From: an uncultured Thermoplasmata archaeon
Lineage (GTDB): Archaea > Thermoplasmatota > Thermoplasmata > SG8-5
Direction: 5' to 3'
NCBI GenBank assembly: GCA_964354755.1
Contig: CAYHBA010000001.1
Location: 320,706 to 384,705 of the forward strand
Length of the DNA stretch: 64,000 nucleotides
Shown here: in pieces, positions 47,739 through 55,923 of the stretch
How positions within the stretch are numbered: position 1 is the stretch's first letter
Layout of the letters: the number at the start of each line of letters is the position of its first letter
Program-made: the position numbers and the translations under genes
The notes under the pieces: model-generated
What the model saw: only the letters and a program-made list of their open reading frames with translations
Databases searched by the model: none
What the model was told of the DNA's origin: nothing

Positions 47739-48494
47739 ATGGAGTTGAAGAAAATAATCTCACCGGTGCTGGCAATATTCAAGTACTCGGCCAGGAAGAT
47801 ACTGTTCAACAAGCGCTGGCTCATCACCCTGCTCATGATTCTGCTCGCAGCCGGGATAATGGGCTATGCAGGAAGCCAGGACATCGACGCGCTGGACGGC
47901 GGAGCTGACTTCATGGACATATTGATTCTCTCTTTCATGATGCCGATCATCGCGATGATTCACGGGGCATCCCTCATCAGGAATGAAATCGAGGACAAGA
48001 GCATCACGCAGGTCATAACCGCGCCCCTGGACAGGAGGATTGCCTACCTGGGATACTATGTTGCCCTGGCAGTTTCCCTTTGCATGATAATGCTCCTGAT
48101 AAGTGTTGCGGGATGGCTGGCTTACTTCCTCCAGAAAGGCGTCAGCGCGGATTCCCTCGCGATACTGGCTTCCATGTCAGCGGTATCGGTCATCGGAGCC
48201 CTGGCCTACTCGGCCCTTTTCCTGGCGATAGGCACACTCTTCTCGAAGCCGGTCTATTTCAGCCTGTTCTATGCCTTTGTCTGGGAGGCGTTCATAGGCT
48301 CGGTTCCGGGAGCCATCAGCCATTACACTGTCAAGCATTTCGTCAGGTCGCTCGGCTCGGCCTGGACACATCACGGCGACCTGGCGTCGTATGACGGGGC
48401 CGGCGTGGGAACTTCCCTGCTGGTTCTGGCCGTGCTGACTGCGCTCCTGCTGGTCATGGGGGCTGCGGTGTTCAAGGAAAAAGAATATCCATGA
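47739..48494 (+). CDS. ABC-2 type permease
   Basis: About six TM helices and an 'EIEDKSI...TAPLDR' motif. Confidence 0.85.
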   Translation: MELKKIISPVLAIFKYSARKILFNKRWLITLLMILLAAGIMGYAGSQDIDALDGGADFMDILILSFMMPIIAMIHGASLIRNEIEDKSITQVITAPLDRRIAYLGYYVALAVSLCMIMLLISVAGWLAYFLQKGVSADSLAILASMSAVSVIGALAYSALFLAIGTLFSKPVYFSLFYAFVWEAFIGSVPGAISHYTVKHFVRSLGSAWTHHGDLASYDGAGVGTSLLVLAVLTALLLVMGAAVFKEKEYP

Positions 48495-48536
48495 AACGCA
48501 AATCTTTTTAACATCTCCCTGCATGGCATCGCCGTC

Positions 48537-49355
48537 ATGAAGACAACTGTCGCGTTCAGCCTTGCAATAATCTTGCTGCTTTCCGCCTGCGGAGCCCAGG
48601 CCCAGTCAGTCGACGAGCCAAGGTTCGTCAACCGCATGCTCGGGGACTTCAGCACGCCCTCGATAGAGCCGGGCGATGACGGGATTCTCTCCTTCACCGT
48701 GAACAATCCGGACCCGGTGAACCTGACTGGCGTCATGGAGGATACTGTAATTTCTATTTCGATTTACAGGTACGCGACCCTGGAGGAATCCCTGCCCGTG
48801 GAGGACGTGGATGAGCCTCCGGTATTCGACAGCACCGGGACCACTTTGACTTCGGTGACCTGCGGCGACATCCAGCCCGGGGGGAATGTGACCGTGCCCC
48901 TCGCTATTGCAACAGAAAGGGGAACGGCCCATGGTTCGTACTTCTCGCAGTGCAGCTATTTCGTGAGGTTCAACCTCACATTTTCCTACTCGGGGGAAAA
49001 TCACACAATGGTGTCCAGGGGCCATTTCACGGACGGGCAGTGGGAGCTTCTCACATCTGGGGATACGGGAGCCGGGGAAATCAACCAGACCTACCTCCAT
49101 GAGCTGGGCTATTCCGGCATCATACCGGACACTGCATTCTCTGTCAGGAAAAGCATACCCATCTGGCCTGCTTTCATGCTTGCCGGCCTAACTGTGCTGA
49201 GCGGCTTCGCAGCATTCTCGTTCTTCGTCCTGGACAATCCCGGGAGGTACCCCAAACTCGAAATCAAATTGCTGAGGTTCAGCGGCCGCCTCAACCTGTG
49301 GAAGAGAAAAATTCCCGGCCTGCTGAGGAGACCCAAGAAAGGGGCTGGCACCTGA
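48537..49355 (+). CDS. Secreted, C-terminally anchored hypothetical protein
   Basis: Signal peptide, Ig-like beta-rich core, C-terminal TM and basic tail. Confidence 0.7.
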   Translation: MKTTVAFSLAIILLLSACGAQAQSVDEPRFVNRMLGDFSTPSIEPGDDGILSFTVNNPDPVNLTGVMEDTVISISIYRYATLEESLPVEDVDEPPVFDSTGTTLTSVTCGDIQPGGNVTVPLAIATERGTAHGSYFSQCSYFVRFNLTFSYSGENHTMVSRGHFTDGQWELLTSGDTGAGEINQTYLHELGYSGIIPDTAFSVRKSIPIWPAFMLAGLTVLSGFAAFSFFVLDNPGRYPKLEIKLLRFSGRLNLWKRKIPGLLRRPKKGAGT

Positions 49356-49414
49356 AATTTATCATATCAGAAAGATATAAATAGTCTCTCGCTGATTGGT
49401 CTGACGGCGAACTG

Positions 49415-50074
49415 ATGCTTGACATGGACGTAATGCTGTGGGATTTCCTTCCTAAGATACTGCTGTCCATTTTCTGCGGCAGCCTCATCGGGCTCGAGAG
49501 GGAGCTGAGGGACAAGCCCGCTGGCATGCGCACATACATGCTCATCTGCACGGGAGCGGCAATGTTCACCATGGTCTCGGTTTACTTCATCGAACAGTGG
49601 GGCGGCACTTCAGACCCCCTGAGGGTGGCTGCCCAAATAGTCACCGGGGTCGGTTTCCTGGGTGCCGGCACGATTATGTTCACGAAGGGCCATATCAGCG
49701 GACTGACAAGCGCCGCTGCGATTTGGGCGTCCGCAGCGGTAGGAATGACCATAGGCCTGGACATGCATATCTTCGCCGTGATAGTGACGCTTCTCATCGT
49801 CCTTTCGCTGGTCATCCTCGGGAAGGTGGAGAAGATTCTCGGCCTCAAAGGCAGAAGGCCTTACAAGTTCAGGGCGGTCATGGACCTGCAGGCTGTGGCG
49901 GAGTTCCAGGATGCGGTGAAAAATTCGCCCACGAAATTCAACATAGTGGAGATGGAAACGGCCGCAGACAAGGTGGCCATAGTGATAGAATGTCATCTCT
50001 CCCGTTCGGAGAGGCATAAGTTCAAGAGCCTCCTGATGAAGCTCGGAGCGAATTTCACAATCCTGGAGGATTGA
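49415..50074 (+). CDS. mgtC: MgtC/SapB family membrane protein
   Basis: IGLERE...AGMRT, RVAAQIVTGVGFLGAG and GLTSAA.IW motifs. Confidence 0.9.
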   Translation: MLDMDVMLWDFLPKILLSIFCGSLIGLERELRDKPAGMRTYMLICTGAAMFTMVSVYFIEQWGGTSDPLRVAAQIVTGVGFLGAGTIMFTKGHISGLTSAAAIWASAAVGMTIGLDMHIFAVIVTLLIVLSLVILGKVEKILGLKGRRPYKFRAVMDLQAVAEFQDAVKNSPTKFNIVEMETAADKVAIVIECHLSRSERHKFKSLLMKLGANFTILED

Positions 50075-50076
50075 AG

Positions 50077-50595
50077 CTAATATTTTATGGTGAACTCGCA
50101 GTATTTATCTCTGTCCAGCATGCATTTCGTCTCGTTGACCGTGCCCTTGGTCTTGGTCACTTCCAGGAGACCTTCGCACACGCCGCGCCAGACATCGCAG
50201 CTTTCTTTAATGCGGCATACGTCATAAAGCTTGACGATTATCAGGTTCTCTTTACTGGTGTCGGTCTCGATCTTGCCGTATGAATAAATCTCGCTGAAAT
50301 TCTTCGGAAATTTGTTAGCGATTGTCTTGGGGTCGGAAAACCTGACCAGCCAGGACAGTATCCCAAGGTTCGATGCGAGGTACCTGCCGCACTCGAGAAC
50401 GTAGGGCTCGCCCTTCTCCCTGGATATCCACCTGAGTATGTTCTCGCGTATCGCGTCCTGATAATAGTTGCCGTCCCTGAACTCGCCCCATAGGCCAATG
50501 TCGCTCATGCAGAGGCGATACCCCTCCTTTCCCCATTTCTTCGTGACGAAGCCCAAATACGAATTCAATATGCTTCCGCGGACCTTCCTCTCCAT
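50077..50595 (-). CDS. V4R/HNOB-like ligand-binding domain protein
   Basis: C-terminal 'C...G..EG.LE...V.E.KC....D.YCEF' V4R-like pattern. Confidence 0.7.
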   Translation of the reverse strand: MERKVRGSILNSYLGFVTKKWGKEGYRLCMSDIGLWGEFRDGNYYQDAIRENILRWISREKGEPYVLECGRYLASNLGILSWLVRFSDPKTIANKFPKNFSEIYSYGKIETDTSKENLIIVKLYDVCRIKESCDVWRGVCEGLLEVTKTKGTVNETKCMLDRDKYCEFTIKY

Positions 50596-50690
50596 CAAGC
50601 ACCAGTAACGGATGTATTGTCCAGCCAGTTTAAAGATTTAACTGCTTGCGATACATTTATGGCATGAAAAAGTTTGAAATAGTAACATTT

Positions 50691-52226
50691 TTATATTATC
50701 GGGATGAGCTTGATGTTCGGCGTGCCCCTCTCAACATCATTGACTATGCCATATATTATTGTCTTTGGCTTAATGCCAAAGATGCAGGGGCATTTGTCTA
50801 TCGTTATTATCTTGAAGTAGGTGTCGGCCATGTTCATTATCTCCTGGGTGAGCTTCAGGCCAGGCTTCAGAATTCCGATTCCCAAGTCCCTGGATATTTT
50901 TATCTTTGCGACGGCATCCAGCAAATGCTGTATGGCCACCTCGCCACCGCGCAGATATTCAAGCGTGTCGAAACCAGTGAAGTCCATGATCGGTTTGTTC
51001 TCCGAACCCCTGAGGTATTCGACATTGCTCTTCCATGTCCTGAGAGCATCGTCCTTGTTCCGTGTTCCCAGAGCCATGATGTAGGATGAGTCGCTCTTGT
51101 TCGTGAAGTAATCGGCAATGCGCACGAAGTTCTCGAACTGACTTTCCGGCAGGAATTTGTCCAGGTCTTTCTTCAGCGTTTCGGCATGGTCGCCTCCCGA
51201 GAGGACCGCAAAAATGCCCTTGTCCAGCGATATGAAATTCAGGAGAATCGGCACAACGATGGAGTGGTACTCCTCGTTGGAGACATTCTCGTTCACCTCG
51301 ATGACATTGTAGCTGCCTGCGGCATATCCGCCTCCGAGCAGTGCATCCAGGTCCCTGGTGCCAGTGCTGTAGTGATTGTCCTTATCGGGCATGGGTTCCC
51401 ACTGTTTTATATCGCCCAGGTAAATTTTGAAGGGGTCGAATGTGTTGAACCGCCCGTCGTTCAGAGTTACAAGGTAGGATGGCTGGAGTATCTTGGTTCC
51501 CCTTAGTTTCTCTATGTGAATGTTCCTGACCCGCCTGCCGTCCCTGGACTCGAATGTGTGCTTTACGACGCCGTCCACCAGGTACTCCACGTTCGTGGCT
51601 TCCTTATTCTCAAGGACGAAAATGACGTCTGCGTTGGAGCCTTCGACAAGGTCCTTCTGGATGCAGGTGACCAGCTCCTCGTTTTCCAGGCTGTATTTGT
51701 TGGTCACGCCTTCGATGCTGTCGATGATTATCATGGTCTTGTCCGGGAGGTTTGCCTCGACGCGGTCGTAAATGCGTTCTATCTCGGGCATGCGGTTCCT
51801 TTCGAGCAGAACCGTGAGCCTTGTCCTGTCCACCTTGGCCGGCGGGGCCAGGGGCTCGTCGCTGACGCTTCTCAGGAAATCCTTGGCTCGGCTGAGCTTC
51901 TCCATTGTCTCCCTGTCCGGAGTTTCGTCCCCTTCATCATCCGGAACCAGGGCTTGGAGCAGCACGCGGCTGGAGTCGATTATGCGGTTTTTCATCTCCT
52001 CCTTCTCGAGCCACGGAAATTGCTTGAACAGGGCTTCATCCGATACCCGGCTGGACAGGTATATGCTCTTCTGCGGGTCCCCAAGGTCCTCGAGGAGCTG
52101 GAGCGCCATGGTTGTTTTCCCGGAGCCGGCACCTCCCTTCACAAGCAGGGAGCGGCCGCCGGGTTTGCCGAAGAACGTTCTGAGTTCGCCGGGAATGGAT
52201 ATGTGATTGGAATGCGGCTTATTCAT
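50691..52226 (-). CDS. GvpD-like two-domain KaiC-family ATPase
   Basis: SLLVKGGAGSGKTT, IIDSIE, YLVDGVV and EKLRG motifs; a second degenerate domain starts STG..DLD.LLGGG. Confidence 0.85.
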   Translation of the reverse strand: MNKPHSNHISIPGELRTFFGKPGGRSLLVKGGAGSGKTTMALQLLEDLGDPQKSIYLSSRVSDEALFKQFPWLEKEEMKNRIIDSSRVLLQALVPDDEGDETPDRETMEKLSRAKDFLRSVSDEPLAPPAKVDRTRLTVLLERNRMPEIERIYDRVEANLPDKTMIIIDSIEGVTNKYSLENEELVTCIQKDLVEGSNADVIFVLENKEATNVEYLVDGVVKHTFESRDGRRVRNIHIEKLRGTKILQPSYLVTLNDGRFNTFDPFKIYLGDIKQWEPMPDKDNHYSTGTRDLDALLGGGYAAGSYNVIEVNENVSNEEYHSIVVPILLNFISLDKGIFAVLSGGDHAETLKKDLDKFLPESQFENFVRIADYFTNKSDSSYIMALGTRNKDDALRTWKSNVEYLRGSENKPIMDFTGFDTLEYLRGGEVAIQHLLDAVAKIKISRDLGIGILKPGLKLTQEIMNMADTYFKIITIDKCPCIFGIKPKTIIYGIVNDVERGTPNIKLIPII

Positions 52227-52590
52227 TCTGCATCACCTCGCGTATCCTGACCTCGGCCTCGCTGGCTTTTTTGTCCAATTCGGCTGCGTCCAGCTTATGG
52301 CTCATCAGCACAAGTATGGCCTTTCTGCCCAGGCTCCTGGTTATCATGATGCCGCTCGGGCTGGTTTCCACGCTCACCTTATGGGGCTTGTCCCAGCCGC
52401 TGCCGGTGAAAATGACTTCGGAAGCGCCGAATATGGTCGCAGAAAGCGTGGCTATTGTTTCAGCCGAGATGCCGTGAGGCAGATGCCAGGCTATTGGAGC
52501 TCCGCTGCGGGTGATGACCGCTGAAATCTCCACACCGTGCTCGCTCTCGAGTTTTTCAAGTTCCCTGTTAAGTTCGGCGACTATTGTCAT
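52219..52590 (-). CDS. Roadblock/LC7 domain protein
   Basis: 'SAVITRSG..IA...ETIATLSATIFGASE' pattern; overlaps the downstream ATPase start. Confidence 0.85.
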   Translation of the reverse strand: MTIVAELNRELEKLESEHGVEISAVITRSGAPIAWHLPHGISAETIATLSATIFGASEVIFTGSGWDKPHKVSVETSPSGIMITRSLGRKAILVLMSHKLDAAELDKKASEAEVRIREVMQNE

Positions 52591-52787
52591 TGTCCTGCCC
52601 CCTTTAGGTCAGAGTGACGTCATGCATCTCAAGTTATATAAGGATTGTGGATGAAAAAAGGTATCTGGCGAACTGCAACCTCAATGCCTCTGCAATGTCC
52701 GGATAATGTTCTGCCCGGAAGCGAATCATGCGCTGCCGATGGCATCAGCCAAGGTTATTGCAATGCCGCGACCCGCTTACATAACTT

Positions 52788-52795
52788 TTTATATA
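52788..52795 (+). promoter_or_regulatory. TATA box upstream of ftsZ
   Basis: TTTATATA about 70 nt before the ATG. Confidence 0.55.
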
Positions 52796-52866
52796 TTTGT
52801 ATATGTTTAGGGTGAAAGGTTGCGGGCATGCAAATGCCTGCGATTTTGTTCAAGGCAGGTGAATGG

Positions 52867-53982
52867 ATGAGTTCCATTGTAAAAGAGGTATTGGCCCGTT
52901 CGGTCCCGGAGGTTACGCACCAGGAAGCCCCGACAGAATACCGCGTCGGAGGACAAAACGCGGAGGACGAGGAATTAGAGCGCATACTGGCAGGTCTCAA
53001 GACAAACATCAAGATTGTCGGCTGCGGTGGAGGAGGAAGCAACACCGTGAACAGACTGGTGGAATCCGGCATCCTCGGCGCGGACCTCTACGCGCTTAAC
53101 ACCGATGCCCAGCATCTCCTAACGATTCACTCCCCCCACAAGATTCTCATAGGCAAGAGGTCCACAAAGGGCCTTGGAGCCGGCGCACTTCCCCAGATAG
53201 GGGAGGAGGCAGCCAGGGAAGCCGAGGAGGAGATAAAGGCCGCCCTCACCGGAGCGGACATTGTTTTCGTCACCTGCGGCCTGGGCGGAGGAACCGGAAC
53301 TGGTTCGGCGCCTTTCGTGGCCGCGATAGCCAAGGAACTCGGGGCGCTGGCAATAGCAATCTGCACATCGCCTTTCAAAGCGGAGGGAAGCATCAGGATG
53401 GAGAACGCCGAGTACGGGCTGGAGAAGCTGAGGGCCGTGGCGGACACAGTCATAGTCATACCCAACGACAAGCTAATCGAGCTTGTGCCTAAGCTCTCGA
53501 TTAACGCCGCGTTCAAGGTGGCGGACGAGGTTTTAATGAGGTCCATAAAAGGCATCACAGAGGTCGTGACAAAACCCGGCCTGGTCAACCTTGACTTCAA
53601 TGACATTAAAACAATAATGAGGGGAGGCGGCGTGGCCATGATTGGACTTGGGGAGAGCGACAGCGAGGACAGGGCCATTGAGGCAGTGAACGAGGCCATT
53701 GACTCGCCGTTGATTGACGTGGACATTGCGGATGCCACAGGCGCACTGATAAACGTCACAGGAGGCTCGGACATGACAATATCGGAAGCCGAGCAGGTCG
53801 CTGAGATAGTCCAGTCGAGGATTAGCTCGAACGCCAGAATAATCTGGGGGGCTGCGGTCGACCCGGAGCTCGAGGGAATGATCAGAGTCATGATAGTAAT
53901 TACTGGTGTGAAATCGAACCAGATGTTCGCAAAACAGGACACCAGGAGGGGCAAGGACATAGGTGTGGACCTCATAAGGTAG
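52867..53982 (+). CDS. ftsZ: Cell division protein FtsZ (FtsZ1-type context)
   Basis: [24 protein letters not shown] and VNLDFND motifs; AGGTGA SD before ATG 52867. Confidence 0.97.
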   Translation: MSSIVKEVLARSVPEVTHQEAPTEYRVGGQNAEDEELERILAGLKTNIKIVGCGGGGSNTVNRLVESGILGADLYALNTDAQHLLTIHSPHKILIGKRSTKGLGAGALPQIGEEAAREAEEEIKAALTGADIVFVTCGLGGGTGTGSAPFVAAIAKELGALAIAICTSPFKAEGSIRMENAEYGLEKLRAVADTVIVIPNDKLIELVPKLSINAAFKVADEVLMRSIKGITEVVTKPGLVNLDFNDIKTIMRGGGVAMIGLGESDSEDRAIEAVNEAIDSPLIDVDIADATGALINVTGGSDMTISEAEQVAEIVQSRISSNARIIWGAAVDPELEGMIRVMIVITGVKSNQMFAKQDTRRGKDIGVDLIR

Positions 53983-54006
53983 GCACTTTTCAACCCGGGT
54001 GAGCAC

Positions 54007-54231
54007 ATGGTGGACATAGTCGAGGAATCATGGAACGTACAGGGCCGTATCGAGGGCCGCTTCAAGAACATAGGAAAAGGCAAGTACGGCAGAGTCCTCA
54101 AGATGGCCAGAAAGCCGGATAATGACGAATACGTCAAGGTCCTCCAGATAACCGGCATCGGACTGACACTCATAGGCGGCCTGGGATTTCTCATATACTG
54201 GCTATGGACGCAGCTTCCCGCATATTTCTGA
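54007..54231 (+). CDS. secE: Protein translocase SecE/Sec61-gamma
   Basis: [13 protein letters not shown]...TGIG..IG..GF motif; lies between ftsZ and spt5. Confidence 0.92.
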   Translation: MVDIVEESWNVQGRIEGRFKNIGKGKYGRVLKMARKPDNDEYVKVLQITGIGLTLIGGLGFLIYWLWTQLPAYF

Positions 54232-54246
54232 ATTTTGAGGTCTCAC

Positions 54247-55164
54247 ATGTCGCTTCTCGAAGGAATGGAAAAAAAGGAGCCTGAACAGCCCCCCAAACCG
54301 GCAGATGGGCCTCAGCCGCAGGAGTCCAGGAAAATCAAAATTACCTGCGAAGGCGAGGAGAAGAGGTCCATCACGACAGGCATCACCACCGAATACGTTC
54401 TGAAGGTCATATACGAGGGAGCCAGGCCGGACAGGCTGAAGCTCTCGGTTAAACCTATGCTGGACTCCGCGCTCGGAGAGCAAGGCGCTGACTGGGTCGT
54501 CGTTGTGGACATGAAAGAGAGGGACCAGAAAGCCTGGGAGGTCACCAGGACAGGCATCACGGAGAAAGAAGTTGATGTGACGTCCAACCAGACGCTCGGC
54601 ATGGCAATCAAAGTGACGTCCCCCAAGGGAGCCAGGTACGGAGACGCTATCAATATCGTCATGAATGTAAGCTCCGTATCGGACCCTGCGATGGCAGACT
54701 CTCTGACCACGAGAACCACAGCCAGGCAGTCAGTGCTCGCAGTCAAAACACAGATAGGCCACGAGAGAACAGTGGCGGACACGCTCAGCGTCCGCGCGAA
54801 GGACCTCGGCGTGCTTTCCATACTTTCTCCGGCGCCTCTCAGGGGATATGTCCTCGTCGAGGCGATGAACTCAGACAGATTGGAGGAAATAATCAGGGGA
54901 ATAAAGCGCGCCAGGGGGCTCGTCGACGGCGAGATGAAGCTGGACGAGGTGGAGCATTACCTCACTCCGAAGGCCCTTGTCTCGGGGATTGTCGAGGGAG
55001 ACATCGTCGAACTGGTTGCAGGGCCTTTCAAGGGAGAGAAGGCCAGGGTGCAGCACATAGACGAGGGGAAGGAGGAAATCACGGTCGAGCTGTTCGAGGC
55101 CTTGGTGCCCATACCGGTCACAGTCAAGGGCGACAGCGTCAGAGTAATCGGAAAGGAGAAGTGA
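54247..55164 (+). CDS. spt5: Transcription elongation factor Spt5/NusG with an extra N-terminal domain
   Basis: NGN domain (VKTQIGHE, LRGYVLVE) and KOW (GDIVELVAGPFKGE) in the C-terminal half. Confidence 0.92.
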   Translation: MSLLEGMEKKEPEQPPKPADGPQPQESRKIKITCEGEEKRSITTGITTEYVLKVIYEGARPDRLKLSVKPMLDSALGEQGADWVVVVDMKERDQKAWEVTRTGITEKEVDVTSNQTLGMAIKVTSPKGARYGDAINIVMNVSSVSDPAMADSLTTRTTARQSVLAVKTQIGHERTVADTLSVRAKDLGVLSILSPAPLRGYVLVEAMNSDRLEEIIRGIKRARGLVDGEMKLDEVEHYLTPKALVSGIVEGDIVELVAGPFKGEKARVQHIDEGKEEITVELFEALVPIPVTVKGDSVRVIGKEK

Positions 55165-55168
55165 ACAT

Positions 55169-55648
55169 ATGCCAGAAGTAATTGAGGTGCTTGTCGACGG
55201 AGGAAAGGCCACGCCCGGCCCACCGCTCGGACCCGTTCTCGGGCCGATGCAGGTCAATATCATGGAGATAATCAAGGTCATCAACGAGAAGACGAAAGCG
55301 TTCGTTGGAATGAAGGTCCCTGTCAAGATAACGGTGGACCCGAAGACCAAGGCATTCGATATCTCGGTCGGAACGCCGCCCACCAGCGCCCTTGTCATCA
55401 AGGAGTTGGGAATAGAGAAAGGCTCAGGGTCCAACAATGCCACGAAGGTCGGCGACCTGAAGATGGAGCAGGTCATCAAGATTGCCAACATGAAGGAGAC
55501 CGCCGTTCTCGGCAAGACCCTGAAGAACCGCTGCCTCGAGGTCGCTGGGACATGCGTTTCCATGGGCGTCACGATCAACGGCGAGGACGCGAAACAGGCG
55601 CAATTTTTAATCAAGGATGGAAAGTGGGACAAATTCTTTAAAGAATGA
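55169..55648 (+). CDS. rpl11: 50S ribosomal protein uL11
   Basis: GGKATPGPPLGP, GMKVPV, PPTSAL and GTCVSMGV motifs. Confidence 0.96.
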   Translation: MPEVIEVLVDGGKATPGPPLGPVLGPMQVNIMEIIKVINEKTKAFVGMKVPVKITVDPKTKAFDISVGTPPTSALVIKELGIEKGSGSNNATKVGDLKMEQVIKIANMKETAVLGKTLKNRCLEVAGTCVSMGVTINGEDAKQAQFLIKDGKWDKFFKE

Positions 55649-55674
55649 TGGTCTCATTTTCAAAACATCTTATT

Positions 55675-55914
55675 GCTGCATGCCCCACTTGTGAGGGTGG
55701 GGTAATAATGTATTGGCTGTATGAGTGACAGAGCAATCTTGGACATTCTGTTGCTCTGTTTTCGGGGACCTCGCCTGTGAGGGCGAGGGGGCTGGGTACT
55801 CGCCTAGCTTGTGCGCGCCAGGCGAAATTGGCAGCTCTTGCAAGGTTTCGTTTCTCTCTAACTTCGCATTGCATACTATCATCAAAGTTTGAAGAATCGC
55901 CTCCATGCCAGAGC
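55675..55914. repeat. Structured intergenic repeat (family A, copy 3)
   Basis: Collinear with 39333-39608; contains two compact palindromes at 55683-55702 and 55769-55788. Confidence 0.85.
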
Positions 55915-55923
55915 CGATTTGAA

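Noticed and set aside
50691..52226. Gas vesicle or circadian clock locus
   Set aside because: No gvpA or other gvp genes and no kaiA/kaiB in the window; only the ATPase family is supported.
52690..52770. Weak similarity to 37530-37565 (AATGTT..GCCCGGAA..CATGC)
   Set aside because: Too short and gapped to distinguish from chance by eye.
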